A stretch of DNA of 64,000 nt from Balanoglossus misakiensis (taxonomy: Eukaryota > Animalia > Hemichordata), in the NCBI GenBank assembly GCA_040954595.2, contig CM082587.2:3356275-3420274 (forward strand). The letters are read 5' to 3'. The position numbers and the translations under genes were made by a program. Each line of letters starts with the position of its first letter. The first letter of the stretch is position 1. The notes beneath the pieces are model-generated. The model did no database searches. It saw only the letters and a list, made by a program, of their open reading frames with translations, and was not told the DNA's origin. Shown here piece after piece: positions 26,601 through 38,600 of the stretch.

Positions 26601-29600
26601 CTTCCCCCTGGTGGCTTTCAGAGACGTGGGAAATTACCCGGTTCGGATTGACATGCACATTCTCTAACCTCACCAGCGGCTGTAATGAGAAACTCTGCGT
26701 GGACAGCACGTCTCGCTTTGCGACGAAATGAAAAGAACCTTTACAAAATGCAAAACTCATCATATTGAGATCAAAATGAGCTTCCTACCTACAAACCTCA
26801 TATATTAGCTTTTTTATCAATTTCGTTCACTACAAACACCCCCTACAGGCCAAGACAAAATTGAAAATGATTTTCAGTGTACTTTACACTGTAATAAAAA
26901 CGTCCCCTGCGAGAAAAGATTTTTAGAACTGAAAAGACATCAGTGACACGAGAGTTATATATGGTCACACAAATCATTTTGTCAGTTTGCTTCGTCATTT
27001 TTTCACCGCAGTCTTCACTATATTGGAACAAAGTTAAACAATACCTATTTCATCATTTTCTGCACAATCCCACAAAACAATCATGCATTTTTGGCAAAAG
27101 TTAGACGTGACGCATAAATCATATCATGGGAAAATATAAATCTCTCTGTCACAGCTGTCAGAAATCTACACAGAATCTCTCTTTGAAATGTCTATCACCA
27201 ACATACTGGCAATTGTATTCTTTATGATACAAAGCTTCAAAAGCATTATCCCAATGTTTTTCAGCCTGGTCTGTCGACCTCAGACATTTGCTGAAAGGAA
27301 CCGAAATTCATACAATACGAAACAAAAGACGACGGCTAATTTTGGTCGATCGGTTGCTAAAAGCTTAATGCATCAAAATGTACACGCGTTGTGTTTGTAA
27401 GTGTATCAGAGTGCTTAATGTCAGAGGTCACTTCAGGCCAAGCTTCGGTTGTCTTTAATTTTCCTCGGTACGGCAGCAGGTTCGCACAACCCCCCAGAGG
27501 AACAGAACTGAGCGAGTCTACTATCGACGAAGGGCCACACTTAATTGGCACGCAGTGGCGTTTTTATCCAAAGGTTCCTTGCCAATATCTGAGACTGAGT
27601 CGAAATCCCAACTGATATCAGTGGAAACACTCTCTCAGTCATGTCGTGTAACAGAAACATCATGGATATAAACCCTTAAACATGTACAATCTTCCTCTAG
27701 CACAAAACTGCCATTTAAAAAAACAACAACATAAAACCTAGTTAATCAAATAGTAAGCAGATTCCGGAAACGCATTATCCCTGTTAGTATTAAAGCGGAA
27801 GGATGTAAATAGACAGCATTGCAAACAAGAAACAGAAGCTGGTATAAAAACACACATCTTTTATATTATGGCCATCATTCAACATTTACACAGACTTGAT
27901 CCTATTTTAAGTCCTACCCGTACCTGATACTACTTTGAAATCCTCTAACACCAGCTAGCCCCCCCCCCCCCCTCAAATGGTCACACCTGGTCGAATATCT
28001 AGCGCAGAAAGACTATCCCAATGTGATTGAATGCATTCTGACTATAAAATACCAGAAAATGGCTTACACATTAGCTACACTCCACTCGGAACCAACAATA
28101 TGGTTTGGTGCTGAGTCTATACCGGCATTAACAGCAAATCCCATTAGAAGAGTTCTATGCAATCAATCAGTTGCCCCATCCTTGGGACGAATTAACCAGT
28201 TGATGACAACAGCTGTGGACAGGTAATGGTTTTTTGCATTTAGCAAATTAAATTTAAAGGGGGAAAAAATGACGATGATTAAACATCATCAACCACTAGC
28301 AATGGGAGGGAGAGCAACTGAGATGATGTAAACTGTAATGATGACAAGAATTCTGGCAAAGGGGTTTCTGCAAATTAAAGCGCTCTTGAGTTGAGCAACG
28401 CTATCTGCATCACTTTTTTCTATGTGCTGTTTGGGGCTCACACAAATTTTGAAGGTCTTAATAACAGCCGTTTTTTTCTCTCCATATTTTTTTTCTGACT
28501 GCTGAAAAGGTTTTGAAAGAAAGCATTAAGAGATTCCCATATGTCTGCGGGGCAAACACTGTTGATACGACCGCATTTACATCTTCCCACGACTTACAGA
28601 GTTAATATCTGGCTCTAACAATAATCAACACTGACTCAAGACTTTGTTGGAAGATTAACAGAGATAGTGCTCGAGAAAGCGAGAGGCTTTAACACCCAAA
28701 ATCGGGGTTGCCATGGTTACCCGTGAACTGTCTTAACTGAGGTCTCATTTGCCAAGTGTTGCTGGTTGTTCGAGACATAATGTAACCTGCATTACTCCCA
28801 TAGTGTACCCTTTCTCTGGCTCCAGGCTGAGTCAGAGAAATCTCTTATTACATTAGACCTGTTTTTCAAAACACTGGCCTTTTCCAACAGTGCCCTTCCT
28901 TGATATACTTTGTCTCAATACCATTGCCATGGAAACTTGACAATGATGGAGCAGATTATTTTAGTACTTTGGGTGAGTTTTTGGAACCTAGCTGTGAAAT
29001 CGCAAATGCGCGCCTGTGAAAATTGAGAAATACCATTGCCAAGGGGCTGTGAGTATTTTCGAAGACTGGGTAATTGGTTGCTTCAGTTTTGCACCTGAAC
29101 ACAGAGATAGGAAAAAAAGGTTACACAGATGTGGCAGCAGAAAAAAATAAGATGCTGTTGATTAAAAGTGTTGTTATAAAGCCATATGTTTCATTAAATT
29201 GCATAGTTCACAGGAATTTCCCAAAGACTTGGGCTTGCCTTCCACATGTTGGCAGTGTGATGAACTGAGCAATGTCAACCTTGGAAATGTTGTGTCAACA
29301 ACATTGGAAAACTTACTGTGTTCAACAATTGCTTTCCTTTAAAAAAATCAATCGCATTTTAATCCCCCAGAGTGCTAGGTCATGTGCGTGTTAACTTGCA
29401 CGCTTTTATCATGGACATTAATATGTAAAGACAAGAATTGATTAGATTGTTATCTGACTTGAGCGTGTGCGAGTGTATCGGCCGATACATTAGACCTCAG
29501 TTACATCTCGCACAGTCAAGTGCCAACTGCACACAATCACCTCTTATTATATATGCATATAGCCTGACATAGCTGCATGACTGAACTCCATTGAAAAAAA

Positions 29601-32600
29601 ACCATTAACCACTTGCAGATTAAAAAAAAACAAGGCCAACATTTAACATACGGTTCAGGTTGTGGCTGCCGGCACATTGTTGTAAACTGAACATCTCATC
29701 AAAGCCATTGAATGCATACATACAATCACCACATTGTGCACAGTTCACAAACAAACACCCACACACGGTTTCAAAAGTAATGAACTCATCGAACCCATCA
29801 AACACGTTTTTTTGTTTTCATCAAGGCCATCTCACAGAGACTCATAAATCACCTTTTGAGTTACATGTATTTCAGAATGCTGCCAGCGCAGTAAGACACC
29901 ATTGCTAATAAATTCACACACTGCACTACATAAAATAACACGATTAACTGTCTTTTTGACAAGTGAGTGGAAACTGTGTGGCTTTGCAGGGTGCCTAAAA
30001 CTTCCAATACCCTGGGACTTGTTGTCCTGAGTGTGGGGCAGTCAGGCATGCCTGAAGAATTAAGTCAAGCAAAATACAGAAAAGATTTAGTGTCATTTTT
30101 CAGGGCCTCAAACTGACAAGCTTAGTCAGTTGGTGAAAAATACATTAATATGAAAAAGTAGCCTTTGCTGTTTTACTGACGTGGGAGGGATGGCATGTCA
30201 CATCCCAGTAGGAAAAGGGTTAATGGAAAACACAAGTTGACTTTTTAAAAATAAAGCTATGCCAAACGGGAGTTAAAAATCACGCCCATTCAATGTCTTG
30301 GAGTTGCTAAGTAAAGTACAAATGACTGTTATGACGGGATAACAATGATAATGCATTAACTTTCAACATCAAAACAGGAATTACGAAATCAGTAAAGTAA
30401 CAAGCCTTCAGCTGTTGAGGATTGAAAGAGAAAAAGTTAGCACATTTGGAGGATGGAAAAGAAGAATGAGTTTGTACTGACTCAGTTCTCTGAGCTGAAT
30501 GATTTCTTCCAGCTCCAAATCCGTGATAGTCGCCTCAGTGTTGTTGTTGTTGCTATGTGCCATAAGCGATCCGCTTGAAGTCAACAGCCCACCATCAGAG
30601 TCAAAACAAAACTCAAAAAACAAACAACAACAACCAACGACCGACGAAGAGTCACACACAGGTCTTCTCTCCGGTGTCCAGTGAAATTATCGTCTGCCGC
30701 ATTTTATCTGAGATGTTACAAAGACCAAGAACTACAGCATCGACATCCTAGAAGTGTCCTCGTGCGCAGCAGAGAGACAGACAGCGATGTGTGATGTTCA
30801 CGAAGCAAGTACTGTCACACTAATGCCAGAGTGGCCTCCTTAGTCTGACTGCATAACAAAACTGGGAAGCAGAAATACTCGCTGGTTTGTTTTTTCACAA
30901 TTAGCCAGGTGGTATTGCTGACCTTATTGAAGGCTCATTAAACTATGTGCAGTGAAGGGCTTCCAACATGTACTGGCCGCCCCCAGATTGTGTCAATTTT
31001 TAGTATGGCTGCGTTGTGTTTTCCTTGAACTGGAACTGTAGAATACTAATTATGATAGTGCTCCAGGCAGTAATTATCTGTGCATATGAGAGTGGGCAAA
31101 TGTCAAGTGTGAGAGTGTAACCTTCCATTTCTGCTGTTAATTTTTAGCTATCATGTTAACAAAACTTCTGTTCATTCTTTCGAAGCAAAACGTGCCATAT
31201 AAGATAAAGACAAAACGACAAGACATGGAGATGAACATAATGACAGATAAAAAGAGAACTCGCCCACGCTTTCTTCACACTTCAGTTCTAAGTCAGTCTT
31301 ATTATAAAACTCAGCTTATAAAATCACAGAACACTCAAGTTCTCAACCATCCACTGTAAACACTTGTTGAAGGCCGAACATGTCAACCGAACATCCTGCC
31401 TGCTGAACGTCATTACTAATGCAAAATCAAAGTGCACAGTAATGTCCTAACTGACATTTAAAACTTTCCAGCTAAAAGCAAATGGACAAGAGATCAGATC
31501 ATTCATCTTGAATGTTTCCATTCTGCTAAATATCCAGCAATCTGGAGAGTTCAAAAGCTTCTTATTCATTTCAAAAGTTTCTGTTTTGTCAAATCCCCCG
31601 ATATCTTAAAAAATCGATGTCTGGTATTCATCCTGTCTGTGTGACTCTCTTGTTACCATGGTGACATTTTTTGTATCCATGGTTACAGGGTTGGATTTTG
31701 CAATATTTCAGATACAGAATCAACAGGTGGTACGTACAAATGACGTCAAATATATTCAGAACAGAGCATGCAGTGACATGACTGGTTTGTTTCAGACTGC
31801 TTTGTTCTCTGCTGCGGGTGGGGATGGGGGTGGGGTGGGGACTGGTGAAAAAGTTGAAGTGATCTGCTACAAGCTGTGTAAGAATACATACACAATACAT
31901 GGACGCACAGTAAATCCATGTTCAGCAAGTGTACCGTGTTCCATATTTAGAGACAGATTTTGGTCATGTAAACAGTCAGATATAGTGAGCACAGATGTTA
32001 CAGAACTGTAAAAAAAATAACAAACACTATAAATCAACTGATGCAGCCTTGGACGCTTAAAGCTGGCGTTTTGAGTCTTTTCATACAAAATTTCATTGTA
32101 CTCAATTACACAATAATACTACTTTATTAATTTATACTTAGATTTTATTGTAATTTCATTTGAGACATAAACTAACCAGTAGTATGTTAAACCTCCAGTT
32201 GATTTTAAAAGTTTTCCCTATGATTGCATTTTTTATTTCACATGTCAATAATTTAGTTAAATACACAGAGACTGGAAGTTTTGCCGAGCTGTGTACAGTG
32301 GGTATTAAAAGATAAACCACTGAAAGATGTATTACATCAGCTGTGACATGATAATAACCTCATTGAGATGTAACTCGTCTGCAAACCACGATGCGCATCA
32401 AACCAAAATTTACAGATATACTGCCTAGCACAATATGTATACATGACTTCATTTTCTAAGCCCTTGCTGGGTCTATACATGTAAGCTGAATAGTTAGTCT
32501 GCAATGCTGTTATTAAGAATTTGTTCAATCACAAATATCTGTCACTTCAGGCACAGAGGTGAGGATGGACTCTATTAAGGTAGTATGCGACTTATATTTC

Positions 32601-35600
32601 CTTCATAGAGTGTACATAGAGATTGGCTGGATGTCCCTGATCCCTGAAACACACAGAACTCACAGAGATGCACTCTGTTCAAAACACACCAGCACCACAG
32701 GATACACTCCTTTCACAAGGTTTTGAAACAACGTGAGATGAAAAAAATATTGAGGGATTTGGAAATGCCAGATGTGAAGATGAGAGTGATGGAAGCATCT
32801 GGAATAAACTGGAATAAATGTCCGGGTCACCGAATCTCCAGGCAAATAAAGTACACTGCACAGTGTGTGAAGTTCTGTCGGGGCTGAGCAAAGCACGTCA
32901 TATAGATTCTCAGTCAATTCCAGGCTTTTGAAATCATCAAGGCTGAAAGCCACTACATGGGGGATTACCGAAAGATTATGTTGTTGTTGCAGAAACTGGT
33001 GTGATAAATCATTGAAATTACTTCAGCAGTGATTATCGACAATTATCGCGTGTTCACCTTAGATTGAAATTAGTTAATCTGGATGGCTATCAAATGAATA
33101 GAAGGACCCTTATTTTGGTGTGGCGTGGAACTGAAGTGCCATTATCACAAGCACCACTTTTCATGCTCAGAAATATCTGAGGAAATAGAAATGTACACCG
33201 TATAACAGATCAATATCGCCCCCTCCCCCCAGATTATGAACAGCTGATAGTAATAAAAGTAGCTAGTGATGATAAACCAGGGACAATGCAACACAAGGAG
33301 GCAACAATTTGGGAAATTTCAGCAATTCAATTTGTTTAATATGACAGATGGAACTCATCCAGTGCCAATTCTTGCATCGATTCTGATGAAATTATTGAAG
33401 TATCCATAATTTTGTAGTGACACCCTTGCAATGAGCAACAGCAGATTAAATCAATTGGCTGACGCTTTCATACTTCACAAATGCCCACCCAGTCCAATTT
33501 TGTTCATACATTGAAAAAAATTAATTGAATGTACAGTGTGGTGGATAATTTGAGTGATTATTTTTTTCCGTCAATTTGACAAATATGATTATCAAAGAGC
33601 TCCTGACCTTCAGGTTCTTTTGTACTCAGTGTCGTTCAACTCATTTCTCATTTTTTCATAAAATGTTCTTTTTAATATCAAGGAAATGACCTCCCACCAA
33701 TAAAAAAAAAAACGCTGATGCCATGAAAAATTGTCCTTGCCGGGGCAGGCAACGGCCAATTTCAACTGTCAACTGGTCCCAAAGAAAACTTATTTTATCG
33801 CCCTCTATAGTACTCAAAGTCAGCTCAATTCTCTTCACTAGAGGGCAGTATATATCTTGCACTGCTGCTGGTGCCATCAAAGACCCTGGACAAATGATAC
33901 TATGATAGTGTATCTTCAGTCACACTCATGATTGGCTGATCAACAGTCATACATCTCGATATAACCAACAAGAATATCTGACACAAATGTAGCAAGGGAA
34001 AAGAAAACTTGGCTTACCTGCTTCTGCTGGCCGCTGTCGTCGTTTGTCTCCAAATTTATTGAAAGAGCACCTCTGGTCGTCCATTCTGTTGCTTTGGAAA
34101 CGACTGAGTATGTCAAAGAATCCATCGTCATCAATCATATCAGGTGACAACTTCTGTGAACAGAGAAGTCAAAGAATTACAAGTAGGTCTAGGGATTTGA
34201 ACAAGAAACTAGTCTGAACACAAAATGAAAATACTAGGAAAAAAAACGCCAAAAAGTATACAACTTGTGGAATGCTAACTATGGTGTATGAATACCACAC
34301 AATCGACGGTATATGAGGCATCACACGACCAAGGAAAGGAGTTGGTAAAATCTCACTTCTTCTTGGGGTCAACAGACGACACTTACCCTCTGCGGTATTT
34401 GTAAATTGACTTGATCTGTCTTCACAGAAGACGTGGAAGACGCGAGGCTACTGGAGCTCGCAGAAGAGGTGGATGAACCCTTCCTCGAGCTTTTGTCTTT
34501 GCTACTTTTGTGTTTACTTTTCTTTGACTTACTGCTAATACTGGTGTTACTGCTAGCACTACTGGCTGTTGAGGCTGCGTACTGATTGTGGCAAGACAAA
34601 AGAAAATAATAAAATAATAATAATGATAATAAATCATAACATAATCAACATGCAAAAATAAACAAATGAGAGGGGGGAATGAAGAAAAAACAACCAAGTG
34701 AAACGGAATGAAACAAACAAAAAGAATCTGTGTAAACCAAACAGAACATAACTTGGCATAAAAAATTCACATTTCCAAAACATGCAGGGTTTCATGCTAA
34801 TTATGGTAATGGTGGTCATGGCAGAGCGGGGAACGCATGCTAGGGGATGTAGAACGCAGGGAAATTTTCAATCAGCCCGAGCACTATGCCTTCCTATTGC
34901 TGTTTGGAGACTGGGACCAGGTGGTCTACTTTCTTGACGACATGGATGTGGAGTTTGTTGGGGAATTGGAACAAGAATCCGACATTGGGCATGGCAGCTG
35001 GGATACACAATCCGTTGACCAGAACACTGTAGGTAAAAACACAGGTTGACATGGAGAAGAGGAAACAACAGATGGATTTGACTTTCGACTTACCTTTTCT
35101 GGTGTCATCTGAACTAATTCTAACAGCTCCATACTGTGTCTTCTCGGTCTGGCACCACCTAACATTATGCAAAAAAAATGCGCTTGTAAACTCATGTAGT
35201 ACACTTGAATATTTAGATGTATTTGGAAATTTTGTTGATTCCAATCATTTGAGGTAGTGTTTTATTTTCATGAGAAAATCAAAGCAATCATGAATGAGCC
35301 TGTGTGGCCAGGTTGTGATGCTGGTTAGGGGCAGCCATTATGGGATGTGTTGCTGTTAGAGTACACAGTGGTAGCCAGTTTAGATGGTACGATGGTGTAG
35401 TGTCGGCCATCTTGGAAGGTGTTTGCAAGGTGGCAGCCATCTTGGAATGCACAGACTGTACGTGAAGGCAGCCATAGTTGTATTCTGACCTATTGTTCTA
35501 TGGTGAAGTTGGACTTGGAATTGGAGAGGGAGGCAGGGGTTTAATGGTTAAGAATGGCTGGCAAATCAGGCTGCAGCAGCCATTTTGTTATTTTTAGCAA

Positions 35601-38600
35601 GCACCTCAACGTACATGTTTCAACGTTGGTGGTTTGGTTTTTGTTGCTTGTCGTTGTTACACCTTTGGCAGGAGCACTGCCCATACCACTCGGACCCTTC
35701 TGTACTGGGGCGGGAGTTACTGTAACACAAAATGTAACATGTAACATGCAAAACATAAAACACAACATCACAACAGAGTAATATAAAATAAAATTAGAGC
35801 GAAATGACATAAAAGAGAGAGAGAGAGGAAAACAATAGTTCTACAAAAGTGTAACGGTGAACCCTTACTTTGCAATCTGACAAGAAGTAACAGGTATAGG
35901 AAAGTTTGATACAAGAAAGTAAATTTGAACATATTACATCACTTAAATTAAATTCAGTGTACCACACTCTAAAATCAAAATAAAGACTTTTGGATTTAAG
36001 AGAAACAACAGCAACACAGGCACAATATATACAGCACGGACATGTATCTTCTATGTTGAACATAATATTAATACAACAAGATGGACCTACAATGAGACAT
36101 AACTGGCCCGGTACCACCAAAAATGCAAGTCGTATATCTTCTCAGGAGAATTCAACACAGCCAATTTCCCTGTCCAAGTACCCCAAAATTTTCCAATGGC
36201 AACAACTCAGTGACAAGACTTCTGCAGAAAACTTGTCAACCCTTTTATAACTGCAGCAAGGTTTTAAAATGGGCATGCTCACAAAGAATTCTTTCACTTG
36301 GGTTAAAAAACTGGTAAGCTTGCCAAGCTTCACAGCAAACAAACGACGAAATCACCATGACGGAATGCAGAAAACAGTTCCACAAACAACTTGGATGAAG
36401 TGGGAGAACAAGCCTCTCTGTCACGCTCATCTGAACGGAAATATTGCGACCAACGTGAAACCTTTTATGTTCCACTCATTGTTACTGACTGATCAACAGG
36501 ATTGTTTTGATTTGTTTTGTTTTGCATTCAGCACGAGAATTTTGCAAAACTTGCCAATCTTCTTGCAGCGGCGAGCAATGATCAAAACTGTTAGCGATAT
36601 TGATGGTGTATGGGTGCATATTTCATATACCGTAATCACTCCATCAGTTCGACCAGAAAAAAATAAATATGATTTGTGAAAAGACAAACTAATAGAATAA
36701 AAATAACATAACACAAAATGGCCACTCAAAGTTCTTGAATAATTTTTCAGGGGGCATGTTTGCATGGCATGAACTGTATGCACTATCAGCATGTAGTTTA
36801 GGTGATATTTATGATAGAATTGAACTGTTTGAGGTCACACAATAAAATCAGTGAGTTCTGAATACCTTGGAAGGTCTAAGTTGCAGATATCTTCATGAAA
36901 AATACACAATATTAACGCATGCATTTTAATCAGTGGTCAAACAATTGAAGGTTAAAAAATAATTCATTTTCCAAAGAATAGTGGGTGGTTGAATTAATGG
37001 AGCGGTCGAACTGATAGAGTGATTACGGTATTTACACTCAACAAAAACCTTTTCATGTGCTTAATTTGCCGGCGTGAGCACGTTAAAAAAGCCCAGCTTA
37101 AAAAAACGCGAATCAAAAGACAATTATACTCTCCACTTGTGATATATCCAGTCATCTGTGACTAACCATCAAAGTGTTACCCTGCGTCATTATCTTTTGT
37201 GCAGATAGTTTTCCCAGAGCAGGTAAGAGTCTAACGATAATGGTATGGAAGTATCCACTCATGTTGACATACACAATGCTATATCAAACATCCCCACCCA
37301 TCCACTCCAATCTTGAGTATCTCATGGTTGACTGCTCAGATCGGGTCACCTGATAAGAGACAGTGTTGTCCCAACTCTCCGGCATATCTTCACGCCACTT
37401 GCAAAAAGTGTAACCAGCCACTTGATGGAGCAAGACGGGGCGACCAAACATCTCAAGAAACCGTGAGTGCAAGAGCAAATTGTATCCCTAATTGTGTGAC
37501 AGAGGCCAGTTTGCATCACCGATACTGCAAAGAACGCACATTACGTGAAAAGTCGCAATGTCACCACGATACATTTCGGTGCGCACACAAACGCCCCAAA
37601 CATTGGTCCGGCTTCACAATGGCAAATAATTGGATCTTGCCCAGCAGTGGAGGAATTAAATTGTGCGTGCCATCTCAAATTCCTTGGAGATGGAAAAATC
37701 GGCAATAAGTTAAGAGGGTCCAACAAATCTGGTGTACCTTTAAAGTGTTGAATTTCCCTTTCACTCTAAATTTTCCATATGTAACCATCAGGGAAAAACA
37801 AATCCTCCACTTGACGTAATTTATTAGGCCAATGACAGAGATGTATGACTGTACAAGGCTTTAAAACTGATAACTGAATGTATGGGTACCGTACATAACA
37901 TTTCCAACATGATAAAAACACTAAATATATTAGGAGTTGCACCATGAGTTATTCCTCCACACGATTCCCCACTCACCGTAATAGTAATTTTGAACCAACG
38001 TTGATTTCAAGTCAAGACAGCTGTGTGATATTGCACAATGTATGCTCGACTTAAGTGCCGATTTTGTCGCCACTTAAGAGCCTAGCACAAAACACCTGTA
38101 CAACACATACATATTTAACCGAGTCTTAGCCAAACATTTCAGCGAGTAAAATGCCTACATGAGAAAGAAAATGAGCAAATGCAATCGTTACAGAACACCA
38201 ATTCTCGTGAGCTGGAAAGCCATTAATCACACAGGATGAAACGACACTTCAACAATCTCCAGCCAGTCTGTTGAGATGGATTTCATTGCATGAACACTCC
38301 AGGGCACACACTCGAAACGAAGAGAGGTCAGCTGAGGTCGGGTGTATCCTAGCAACTGTGTATCGCGGCAACAATGTCTAACACTTATCACAGAGAATGT
38401 TTACATTTTCTAATCAGAGAAGTCTGTCAAAATTGACCTGTTTGCTGATTACAGGCAGTGTCTAGCATGAGCTGGTGGTTACCGTGGATACACTTCCTGT
38501 GAACTGGGTCCAGAGGAGCAATTTCTTGTCTGTATGATCTGAGGCGATTGTATTCTATTAAAGCTCCATCAGCTGTAACTTTTTTTGTATGTTTTCAGTG

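Noticed and set aside
14300-33900. Nested protein-coding gene or autonomous transposon in the 20-kb intron
   Set aside because: All ORFs are short (at most 142 aa) and I saw no RT, transposase or other known motifs.
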